Positions 53,130 through 64,000 of a DNA stretch of 64,000 nucleotides are shown here, in pieces. The position numbers and the translations under genes are program-made. Origin of the DNA: Camelus dromedarius (taxonomy: Eukaryota). Each line of letters starts with the position of its first letter. Position 1 is the first letter of the stretch. Under the pieces are notes generated by a model that was not told the DNA's origin, did not search any database, and was given only the letters and a program-made list of their open reading frames with translations. The stretch lies in contig NC_087436.1 in the NCBI RefSeq assembly GCF_036321535.1, positions 85,500,001-85,564,000 of the forward strand, written 5' to 3'.

Positions 53130-54090
53130 GAGGGAGGAAGTCATGTCTAGCTGCTGTCAAGTCATGCCCTTTAGGCAGCTGCCTTCTCTATCAATCCAGG
53201 AAAGTGGAGCTTTTTCCAAATCCCCGTGCAACACGGCAGGCACCAGGAAGGAGGGGCGGCTCTTGCAGCTGGGGCTGGACCCCCGGAGGAGGAGGCGAGA
53301 GCATCCTCTCGGTGTGGCTCCAGGAGGGCGCTTGGCTTCAGGGTGGCCAGCTTGGCTCTGTCTCAGACAGGAGCTGAGTTTGCTTTCTTTACTCGGGGTT
53401 TTCTGATGAAGACAGAGTGAATTATTTGCAAGTCCCAAAGAAAGGCTTCATCCATAGCTCTCCTCCACAGGCACAGATAAAGGGGACGGAATGGGGAGTT
53501 TCCCGGAGTTCCACTGGCTTTTTAGCTAAGGGGAAAATGGGAAAATCCCAGGCAGGTTCAGGAGGAAAGCCCTTTTGCTGCACTACATCCATTCCCCGTG
53601 TGAGAGGGTGGCCAACCGCCCTCTGAAATGCCCATCCTCTCTCGTTGGTCAAGAAGAATCCTGCTCGCAGGAACAGGGACCAAGCAAGTTTCCTTGTCAG
53701 AAGGACCAGCATCTTCTAAAAAACTCGAGGACTTGGCCTATACTTACTCCTCGAATTGGGGGCTGGGTTGAAGACTCTGCCCACTGTACGTGGGTCCCTC
53801 AGGGGAAGTCCCGGCCACACTCGCGTAGAGTTGCATGCTCAGAACCGGGGCGGTGAGTCCTTCCAAGGTTGCAAACGACACTTGGGGCCTGAGTCGGGCT
53901 GAGGAGGACCCCTTCCCAGTCTGCGATGCTAACCTGAGTGGAGGGAAGAGGACAAACATACAGGGCCTCAGAGCCCTTCTCCCCCTCTGGCGTTGTCATG
54001 GAAACTTAGTCATCTCAGCAAACATGGGCTGAGTGTTTGGGGAGCAAGGCAGCGTCCTGACAGGAGCTCTGAGAGGACGTGGCATTGCCC
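53130..54090. promoter_or_regulatory. candidate enhancer/promoter with NF-kB, RFX, GC-box and GATA motifs
   Basis: GGGAGTTTCC 53494-53503, GGAAAATCCC 53540-53549, GTTGTCATGGAAAC 53992-54005, local CpG enrichment. Confidence 0.4.
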
Positions 54091-54259
54091 TCAGGACTGT
54101 GAAGTAGAGACAAAAGTAAATAACAAACCTGAAAGCAAGATGGGTAGTGTGAAGTCTAGAAAAGGCACTAAATCTTGGACTTTGGAGAAAGACACATGTA
54201 TATTTAAATTTCAACTCTGTCACTTACTAGCTATGTGACTCTGTGTATAGTCATGATTT

Positions 54260-54610
54260 CATCCAAAGAACATTAATTGAAGGCCTGCTGTGTGCCAGGC
54301 ATCCTTCTAAGTGCCAAGGATCCAGAGTGGCCCAGCTTAGAGATGTAACCTTTCTCACCCTCATAGGTCTTACACGTTCTGATGGAGGAAGACAGACAAT
54401 AAGCATGAGAACACACAGATAAAAGTGTAACTTCAGAGAGTGATGGGGCTATGGAAAAATAGACTGATGTACAAGAGTGACTCAGAGTGGTAGCTCTTTA
54501 CGAATGAGTGGTCAAGGCAGCTTCCTGGAGGAGGTGACATTTGAACCGAGACCTAAGGAAGGAGGCAGACAGGTGACAATCTGGAGGAAGAGGATTCCAG
54601 GAAGCGAGAA
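54260..54610 (-). mobile_element. L2 3' fragment
   Basis: 'ctgtgtgccaggcatccttctaagtg...cttcctggaggaggtgacatttgaaccgagacct'. Confidence 0.78.
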
Positions 54611-55249
54611 GTATTGGTGACAATGTCTGCTCCCACGAGTCTCTGAGTTTCAGCTTCTTTGTCAATAATTGAGGGAAGATGGCACCCCTTAATGGGATTG
54701 TCGTAAAGGTTCAATGATATAATGTATCTAAATCTAAAGTATTTAGCTCAAAACCTAGCACCAGGTAAATGCTCCTTAATATTACTAAGTATGGCAGCAC
54801 ACGAAGTCACAGTTAATTCTGACAGGTGTGGGCAAATGCCAGCTGGTGAAGGGCTGGCATTTGACTCAGGCCTTGCAGAATGGGAAGGGCTCTGGTAAGC
54901 AGATAATAGGTTTGATTTCTCTGCTGTCCATTCCTGTATCTCCCAATAGCTTCCCTCTTGGAAGCCTGATGACACTTCATTGTAATAACATGAATCTTTT
55001 CTCTCCTCTAATCTGTAGATTATGTAAAAGCAGAGGCTTCCTGTTTTTTTCACCATTCTACTCCAGCACTTAAATGAGCTCATGCATGCCAAGCATTGAG
55101 AATAATCTTTTGTGCATGAATGAAAGAATGAAAGACGGGAGGGCTTTGAGGTAGTAAGCATGGCATGAAGTTGAGTCTGTTTGGAAATGGATGATGGACC
55201 TGCAAAGAATGAGCCTGGAACCTGCAAAGGTTGGCCTCTTGGGAATAAG

Positions 55250-55641
55250 AATTCTTCCTGCCTGACTACCTTCTTTGAACTAGGACACTGGCTTTCTTCC
55301 TGCCTTCAGACTGCACCCAAAACATCAGCTCTTCCTGACCCTCGAGGCTGCCGGCCTTTGGTTGGAGCTATACCATCAGCTCTCCTGGTTCTTGGGCCCT
55401 CAGATCAGACCGGAACTAAACCATCTGCTCTCCAGGGTCTGCAACTTGCTGACTCAGCCATGCAGATCTTGAGACCTGCCAGCTTCCATAATCATGCAAG
55501 GCAATTTCTAATAATAAATCTCTTCATATGTATGTATGTATGTATGTGTATGTATGTATGTGATATATGCATATGCGTATAGGCATATATATCTGTTCTA
55601 GTCCTGTTGGTTCTGATTCCCTGGAGAACGCTGACTTATCA
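55250..55641 (+). mobile_element. MLT2 LTR with internal (TATG)n, followed by an MLT1 fragment (to ~55782)
   Basis: 'catcagctcttcctg...cagatcttgagacctgccagcttccataatcatgc...ctgttggttctgattccctggagaac'. Confidence 0.8.
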
Positions 55642-57769
55642 TAAGAACCCCTCCTGAGGGATTCCTTTTAATTTAATCCCATCTATAAAAGCCCTATCTC
55701 CAAATATAGCGACATTCTGCTTTATTAGGAGTCAGGGCTTCAATATATTATTTGGGGGAGGGAGATATAACCGGACACATAATACTTAGCAAAGAATCCT
55801 TTACTTGTTTAAGCCATTTTTAAGCTAAGAACATACTTAACTGCTTACACAAGGTGTAGATACACATACTTAGTTTAACAATCCATGAGGAGATGTCTTG
55901 CAACCTTTCCTTGGGAGCAGGTTACAATTTCTTCCACCTTTGAAAAGTCCTTTAACAGTGGGCTTGGGAGAAAGCAGGTCTCAAAGGGTGTCAGTTTGAT
56001 GACTGACTTTTGGGGCATCTCCCAATCATGCTTTAATTTGCCCATTTCCAGCTAACACAACATTGTAAACTGACTATACTTCAATTAAAAAAAAAATCAT
56101 GCGCCCTTGATGTGAAAGGCATTCTAAATATGGAATCGTCATCTTGAGCTTGGGGGTTGGGGAGGGGTGGCTCTGCAGCCCCGGAGAGGCGGCTTTCTTC
56201 AGCCAAACGTATTGAAATATCCTGATGCTTGCCTTCCAGCCAATGTCAGCTGCTAATCTGTATGAATTAATGCAGTAATAATTGGGCCATATTCAGCAAG
56301 CACTAATTTCTTTCACTACATCAAATCAAGCCTCATGATTGTTTCGAAATAAACATGCCATCCCCAGAATGCTGAATCCCTGCACCAGCAGCTGGGTTCT
56401 CGATGGATCTGGAAAGGGTCTGGCAAGGAGGTTGGGTTGCCCAGTGGCGATACTCATGGACTTTGATTCTGGCCAGTGTCCAGGGAGCCTTCACTCAGGG
56501 AGCATCCTTCAGTGCCCTGCCCTCTTCAGGAGGCTCCACCTCCACTGCGCAGGAGAGAACAGCCCAGTAGCTAAGATCTCCAGCTGAGCGGTTGTTCCCC
56601 AGGCCTGGCTAAGGTGGGGGCCTCACGGTGTCACTGCAGTGAGAAACCATGAGAGAGACGATCTCAGAGATTCACAGGTCAGGCTGCAAATAAACCTCAG
56701 AGGAAGTGTCTAACAGACTCTTACCAGCGAGGAAACAGGAAAACCTAAGAGACAGAGCCTTCAAGCCAGGGAGCCAGAGATGCTTTCCTTTGCTCTGCCT
56801 GCAGGAGGGAAAGAGGGAGAAAGAACAAGGTCTAGAAGGACAAGGAGGAAGTAGGGCAAGGATGGATGAGTAGGTGGTAGTTCGCCAAATAAGGTAGCTA
56901 ACAAGCTGGTGGGAACTTTAGACGGTCCACTCCAGTCTCTGGGCAGTGCTTTTAGTAAAATCACAGAGGTTGATGTTGCCAGGTCTTACCTCTTCTCTCT
57001 CACTCTTGTGCCGTTATTATTAGCACCAGGCCCTGTGCTCCACGGGGTAGGGTGGGGGAGGGGGGACAAAGCACTTGGTTTCCGTCTTCCCTCCCCTCCG
57101 TTCCTGTTCCTCTCTCTCTCTCCCCCTCCTCTGTCTCTGTCTGTCTCTCTCCCCCTTCATCCTCTCCTCTCCATGTTTAGGTTCTAAATAACTTTGGGGG
57201 AAATTTATATTCCATTCAGGGGAACCATTGTTGGCCAAGCACTTACTAATTAATTTTCCAAATAAGCAATTCAGGAGTGAATTCCACATCTGTTCTCCTC
57301 ACGTTGGTTGTTCAGTGTAGGCAGAAGGGTCTCCCACCCGCACCCTGCCCGGGGGCCTCTCTCAGGCTCCCCCCTTCCCCTCCCCCGTGTGTGCTGCCTC
57401 GCACCCCCACTCCCCACGAGCTGCTTATCTCTCCGCAAGCTTAGAATGTCAGCGCCTATAAAGCTTCTTTAGATTTCGCTCCTCTTCCCTTCTGTCCTTA
57501 TCCTGTCAGTCAGGATGAAAGAAATTAAGTTGTGTCTCTACGTTTCTCTGTGATCCCAGCTTCCAGGACTTAGAGCTGCCTAGAAGCTGCCACATCACCT
57601 GGGTCTGGGTTCAGACATGAAAAGCTTCAGGAGTTCTGGGAAGTAAGTGTCACGCTGTTCTCAGAGCTCCCACTTTCCAGTCCACAACTTGGAAGGCAGA
57701 AAGGATGCTGTAATCAAAGCTCCCAGGAAATTGCTTCTAGCAGTGGTGGCAATGAACCAGAACCCGATA

Positions 57770-58000
57770 GAGGGTGAGACTCCGGGCGCCTTCCACCCCC
57801 CCCGAGCAGCGCCGCTGCATATGGTGTGCAGGTCCCGCACTGCGCCACGTGCCGGCGGAGGGGGCGGCTCCCGGCCAGCTCTCCAAGGCGTCCAGCTCAT
57901 GCTCGCGTGCAGAGCTGTGTTTGCCCCCATGCAAGGGCTTCATTTTGGTAAGCACCTGCCATGCTGTTGGCCCGGGGGAAGCACGTGCTTAAAGGGACAC
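57770..58000. promoter_or_regulatory. small CpG-rich island
   Basis: dense CpG, GGGGCGG, two CACGTG E-boxes (~57846, ~57982). Confidence 0.45.
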
Positions 58001-58359
58001 TTTTTCAGATTCTTACAGGAACTGGTATATGCCAGTCCTGATTAGGTATATCAATGACAAGATAATGAAATGATTGACTTTTAAAGTGAGTGTTTTTTAA
58101 AAACATTACTTTTTAGGTTTTTTAAAAAAAATCATTGTGAATTCAGTGCCATACCTTTCATATGTGTAACTAATAATATATTATTGTACATTATATATCA
58201 ATATATGACAATAATATCATATTTATATTATTAATATATTATATAATAGTAAGTATAATAACTCCCAATTATGTGCACCTTCTAGGTGCCTGGTACTGTA
58301 ATGCATGTCTATATATTTTGAATGCAATTCTTCCTTCCCTGCGGTTCACTGTGGTGAAG

Positions 58360-58742
58360 TATTTTTCCTGCTTCATTGACTTTGGCCTTGGCCATGCCAT
58401 GTTTTGGCCATTAGAATGTAGGTAGAAATAACAATGTGCCAGTTACAAGCTGAGCCTAGAAGAAGCATGGTCAGTTTCTGCCATCCCTCTGGAGGTTCCT
58501 TCCTCCACCATGAGAGGAACATGTTCCCAAGTAATTGTTGCTTTTTGACCTGAAACCAAGACATGTGGAGCAGACTGGAACCTGACCCAGAGTCCAGTTA
58601 AGTTCAGGCAAGCATTTCTGAGTACGGGCAAATCCCCTGAGCAGAACCATGCATGTGAAGCAGGTGTTCACTGTTTCAAGTCATGGAAGATTGGGGATTG
58701 TTTGTTATGTGGCGTTACCACAGTAGGATTGGATGTCTACAA
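58360..58742 (+). mobile_element. MLT1 (F/G/H-like) solo LTR
   Basis: 'cattgactttggccttggccatg...ttttggccattagaatg...ggggattgtttgttatg'. Confidence 0.75.
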
Positions 58743-58943
58743 TGTCTGACTCTCCTTTTTTTTTTAACAAATTCTCACAACCACTCTTTAAGGTATGTGT
58801 TTCTATTTTACATAAAGGAAAACCAAGGTTCTGAGAGGGAGGTCCAATAACTTATTTAAGTTAACAGCTATTATAGCTGGTATTAACATCCAGGTCGGCT
58901 CCATTCCAAAACCTTTTCTCTTTCCACCTTCACCTCCCTTGTA

Positions 58944-59953
58944 CAGCTGACCCTTGCACAACACTGGTTTGGACTGTGCAAATCCACTTATACATGGATT
59001 TATTTCAATAAATGCATTAGAAAAATTTTTGGAGATTTGTGATAGTTTGAAAAGACTCACAGATGAACTGTATACCAAAGAAATATCAAAAATATTAAGA
59101 AAAAGTTAAGTATATCATGAATGCATAAAATATATTTAGATACTAGTCTAACTTTACGTGTGTAAAGTAACTTTACATGTAAAATTAGTAATAAGTTCAT
59201 TTTCTTACTATTTTCTAACTTTACTTTCAAAGAATTACATTACCATGCAGTGTGCCGCTCTCTCTGGTAATTGGAGAAACTGCCTATCAACTTATCATCA
59301 CAGATAAGTGTTTTTTTAAAAAAAATGTAACAATGTTCCCAATACTGTATTACAAATATGACTGCGATACTGTATGCCATAAGCATTTTATGATGATTCA
59401 TTCATTGGTGTACAGGCTCCTGTGAAGCAATTATATCAATTACACTAGGCAACCATAAAGTAAGCCTATTGATGCTTCTTTGTTATCAATTCATGAATCG
59501 TTATACCTGTATACATTATACCTGAATTTCTTTTCTATGTCGTATTTTCATTTTTGATGTCTAGTGTGAGTAATACTATAACATCTACAGTGTTTTGTAT
59601 CATATAAGACGATATTGATGTAGGTACTGACAGACGATCCATCTTGTTTGTAAACAGATGATGTATATAGAAATTTACAGTATCAGTAAATGTAGAATAC
59701 ACTGCAAGTGTTTTTCTCTTCCTTATGATTTTCTTAATAACATTTTCTTTCTCTAACTTATTGTACTGTAAGAATTCAGTTGATAATACATATACAAAGT
59801 TTGTGTTGATCCACTATTTATGTTATCAGTAAGGTTCTGGTCAATAATAGGCTATTAGTAGTTGTTTTGGGGGAGTCAAAAGCTACATGTTTTTTCAGTT
59901 GCATGGGGGGGAGGTTGGTGCCCCTAACCCCAGCGTTGCTCAAGGGTCAACTG
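58944..59953. mobile_element. Tigger2-like non-autonomous DNA transposon, both ends intact
   Basis: TA|cagctgacccttgcacaac ... gttgctcaagggtcaactg|TA terminal inverted repeats with TA TSD. Confidence 0.9.
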
Positions 59954-62164
59954 TATTGTATCCTGAATACTGGTGTTATCTTTCCCCTAGAGATCCTCAA
60001 CTAGCAAAAATGATATATTTATGGCCAATAAATTTGAGTCTTACTTACAAAGGCAGGGAAAGGAACATGTGGATTTTAGTTTTGCAAGGCTGCATTCAAA
60101 GGGTTCCTCTGCTCAACTGTCAGTTCCACACAGAATTCTTTTAAACAGAATCCACCCTTCCCTTTCTCTTCTATCCACCCTAAACTTCCTGTTATTTAAA
60201 ATTGTAGGGTTTTAAATATGATTCCTATTTCTCCAGACTGATCATATGACCACTCAAAATAAAGAATACATTTTTTAAAGGAAGAAAGCACATCCCTCTG
60301 ACCTAGCCCCCTTTCACAGCAGTCAGAATATATCTCTTGGTCTCAGATCCCTTGACTTTTGCAGAGACTTGGGAGGAGGAACCATCCCAAGAGGAGGAGG
60401 ACCTTTCTGGCACATTCTCTTCCTCTCCATAGTTGGGGTGCTGTGTCAACATCTTCAGAGTCTCCTCAGACAATGAGGACAAAATGAAGACTCAAGAACT
60501 GGAGCCCACTGGCTTCCACAAGCGAAAGTGACCCTCTGTTTTCTTAAAAACAAGACCAAAAGAAACAAAATCCTCTGATCTCACTCTGAGTAACATTATG
60601 AACATTCCAAACATCCAAGTCCTTAGATTTCCACCTGCCAGCCAAGGATGTTTTTCTGTTAAATTCTTATCATATCACTAGAGTTTATTAATTGCTTCAA
60701 CAAAGAGATATCTACATCCATTCATTAAAAAGAAAAAAAAAAGACAGGGTAAATAAATCAACTTTCAAATCATGTCCCTCTGCAAACACCAGCTGCACCG
60801 GAAAAGGAAGGCAGCCTGCTAGCAGGCTCCCACTGCAGCCGGCCAGGCTGTCCGCCGCCGGCCATGCCCAGGGCCTGCTGATGTGTCCTGCAGCCCACAG
60901 GAAAGAACCTCAGCGGAAAGCAAGGGGGCAGAACAATTGTGTGAACTTAGCTCCCCGTCTCACCCTCCAAACATCTGGCTCCTGCGTGTGTCACCTTTTT
61001 GATTCAAACCTGCCCTGGGGTTAGTGATAGGGAAAATCTCCACCTGGGTGAGGGGTGGGGGAGTGGACCGACTACTTCGTCATTAAAGAACAACTAGCAC
61101 GGTCTCACTTTTTGTAGCCAGAGTGGAGCCGGCTGGTTCTAAGCCATGTTTCTCAAATTGCCCAGCTATTTCTCTGCCAGCTTTTTATGGACAGACCAAA
61201 ACAAAAGCTGGAAGCAAAGAGACAGTAAGAAAAGCCCTTCTGATGTGGGTACTGGGAAAAATAAAACATGCAAGATGCCATCGAAGCATTGGCCGGCCGC
61301 GGGGACCTCTCTGCCGCGGAACATAGCGCATTTATAAACACAGATGTCGGGGATGACAGGTTTATTTTTGTAGTTCCGAGTCTTACGTTTCCCCGGTTGA
61401 TTCTTTGTCTTATCTTCTTCGACGTCAGAACAGCCAAACAGGATTCAAGTGATGCATTTGGATGGCTTGCTTCCCTGAATTGTGTCCCTATTCGTTAACA
61501 GGACAGACGCTTCATTCCACCTGTGGACATGGGAGTATTGCAATTGTCACAACTGTCCCCATTGCCCTGCTCCTCAATTCATTTTACTGAGGTACTTTGG
61601 ATAACAACCTCCTGGACTTACTTTGATGGCGGTTCAGCAGTAATGTTGTCTGGAGATCAGCTATTAAGTTTAGAAGCTTGTCAAATTCTAACTCTATGCC
61701 TGATTTTAAAGTGATTAGAGCCACTTGGATTTGGTTGGGCTCCAAAGTTAGGTTGCAGGCAGAACTTGGTGACTGCAGGCTGCCTGCTCAGTCTGCAGGG
61801 GTCTCTTTTCCCTTCTCTTTTTCTCTCTCTCATTAACACTGGCACCTGGGGATAGATGGGTGGCACGGTGGGTGCAGAAAATGAGGGAAACAAAGTGCTG
61901 CTGAACTAGTACCACCAGAAGGAAACTCAATAGGGTTAAATGCAAAGTCATGCATTTAGGCTGGAAAAAAGAAATCAATTGCACGATTTTAGGTTAGGGG
62001 AGACCCAGTCGGCAGCCTCATACATGACAGAGATTTGAGAGTTTAATTAACTGCAAGCTTAATATTTTTTTTAAATTAAAAATCATGGTGGGACTTACAA
62101 TGTACTGGAAAGCACTGTTCCTTTTTTTTTTTTTAACATGGAATATTACTTAACTTTTTTTTTA

Positions 62165-62553
62165 ATTTGTTTTTTAATTGAAGTATAGTCGGTTTACAAT
62201 GTTGTGTCAATTTCTGGTGTACACAGGGAAATATACACAATATCTTATGGTAGCTCACAGGGAAAAAAATGTGACAATGAATTGTATATATGTTCATGAA
62301 TAACTGAAAAATTGTGCTCTACACTGAAATTTGATACAACATTGTAAAATGATTATAAATCAATAAAAAATGTTAAAAAAATTTCTGGTGTACAGCATAA
62401 TGTCATACATCTACATACATATTTCCCTTTTCATGTTCTTTTTCATTCTAGGTTACTATAAGATATTGAATAGAGTTCCCTGTGCTATACAGCAGGACTG
62501 TTTTGTTTGTCTGTTTTATATATAGTAGTGTGTATCTGCAAATCTCGAACTCC
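62165..62553 (-). mobile_element. young L1 3' end (host of a nested insertion)
   Basis: 'ttgaagtatagtcggtttacaatgttgtgtcaatttctggtgtaca' resumes after 62394 as 'gcataatg...tgcaaatctcgaactcc'. Confidence 0.88.
62224..62379 (+). mobile_element. short L1 3' end inserted antisense into another L1, perfect 15-bp TSD
   Basis: TSD aatttctggtgtaca at 62209-62223 and 62380-62394; ends aatcaataaaaaatgttaaaaa. Confidence 0.9.
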
Positions 62554-62979
62554 ATAGCTCACCTCCAAATCAAATTCCATCATGGGTGCGTAGAATTGGA
62601 AGAAATTGAATGGCATGGTAGAGGGTGAGGGTAATGCGATGGGTGAGGGTAATGCGTTATGTGAAAGAAAAAAAAAACAGAGATTTTTGGACTCTATTTG
62701 GGGTAGGCAGGGCTCATAGCATGGGGAACTATCAAAATGTTGAGTGTTGCAGAGGTTTTTGGCAGCCACCAGTAACAAATGTCTGCTACTGATAATGTAT
62801 ATCTCAATTCAGGGCTGGGAAGACTCTCGTTTAGGAACAGAATTGAGTTAGGTTTGTTTGAGAGATCCACGACTGCAGTGGGATCCCTGTGATGATGGCC
62901 GGGGAGGTGATGATGATGATGGTGATCATTCATTAAACACTTTTTATATTGTAGGCACTGTGCTAGGTGTTTTACATAC

Positions 62980-63485
62980 TGTAGTGGATGTATTTTTTAA
63001 TGCCACCAAATTTTCTCCCCTTTTCTGGTAAAACAGAAATTTTATTCTGGGCAACTTCCCCTTCTCCAACTCAGACCTTGATGTTTGGGTGGATTAGACT
63101 CTTCCTTAGTGCCAGGCTTAAGACAATCACCATTCTCATTCCCTGGTCAAACAATCAGTTCAAGGACGAGCATTTTAATGTGTTCAGACCAATGAATATC
63201 ATGCTCAAGACTCTGACTTGAATGTTGGACTGGATCATAGGAGAATGGGGCTGCCATCTTGATGCCACGTGGAGCCTTGAACAAAGCCACAAAATGAGAG
63301 TAGAGCTAGAGGTGGAGAAAGTTTAAGTTCCAGCGACAGCATATGAACCCCGGGATCAAGCTACTCCTGTAATTAGCATACCTCCTAGATTTTTCAATCG
63401 TGTAAATCAACAAATCCCCCCTTCCTCCTTAAACTACCTTAGGCCATACATCTGTGACTTCTTTCCAAAGTTGTCTTAATTTCTA
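62980..63485 (+). mobile_element. old MaLR (MLT1K/L-like) LTR inserted in a MIR
   Basis: TG start, 'ccccttttctggtaa...agaccaatga...gccatcttg...caacaaatccccc'; MIR halves at 62920-62980 and 63490-63640. Confidence 0.55.
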
Positions 63486-64000
63486 CGTGTATATTACCTC
63501 TTTTAATCTGTAAGAACACCCCTTAAGGTTAATAATATTATCACATTTCATAAATGAGGACACTAAGGCTCAAAAAGATTAGTAACTTGCCCAAGGCTGC
63601 ATATCTTGTTCGTATGACTTCAATGCACAGATTTTTAAAATGCCTATGTTATGGAGGGGCATTGGAGAGTGTTGAGTGGGTGGTAGCTCTGTGATTTGGC
63701 GTTTGAGAAGCAGAACTCACAGGCTGATAGTGAGCAGCCTTGGGATGGCAGGAAAAACACTTTGTATTTCTCCTATATCCCCTGCAATGGCTAGCCCCTG
63801 TGCACGGGCTGGCTCTCAGGACGCACTTCTTGTTTATCGAGTGAAGTTGCAAAGGAGGGCATGGAATCTCTCCCATCTGGAAAGACAAAAGAGCCAGATT
63901 AGCCATTTCCACCTGTATGAAGGGCTCTTATATGAATGACAAGGACAGTGAGCCTAAATGACCCTTAGTTAGAGAATAAGGATACATGTGTGGGTGTTTG

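Larger units (their letters stand above)
61900..62760 (+). mobile_element. L3/CR1 LINE remnant interrupted by nested L1s
   Basis: 'tcaatagggttaaatgcaaagtcatgcatttaggctggaaaaa...tcaattgcac...ggggagacc...gcaagcttaat'. Confidence 0.65.

Noticed and set aside
62623..62658. 2 x 18-bp tandem repeat gggtgagggtaatgcg(a/t)t
   Set aside because: Simple local duplication; no spacer/repeat array
62694..62933. poly-His ORF (-)
   Set aside because: The His run comes from a (TGA)n microsatellite at a MIR tail
1..64000. CRISPR arrays, operons or other prokaryotic/viral systems
   Set aside because: The sequence is mammalian throughout; no arrays or long intact ORFs were seen

Overview
Mammalian non-coding, repeat-rich DNA. 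It is probably camelid, judging from the tRNA-derived SINE family and the young L1 3' ends; this is recalled similarity, not a database hit. I found no intact spliced protein-coding gene, and nearly all ORFs in the track look like chance frames. The best-supported content is: a U6 snRNA pseudogene (1687-1793, +); a full-length, decayed processed pseudogene of PMPCB (~6790-8362, -); a young ATP5MJ/ATP5MPL retrocopy (14870-15208, -) whose 60-codon frame is uninterrupted apart from ATG>ACG; an ERVL relic with LTR, PPT and integrase fragment (48303-49830, -); and many L1, L2, L3, MIR, SINE, LTR and DNA-transposon fragments, several with readable target-site duplications (TSDs), nesting or 5' inversion. 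Unique GC/CpG-rich stretches carry CTCF, RFX, NF-kB, homeodomain and core-promoter-like motifs, which suggests a regulatory intergenic or intronic region. I did not find convincing evidence of a previously undescribed biological system; the findings are hypotheses. Repeat boundaries and subfamily names are approximate and were read by eye.
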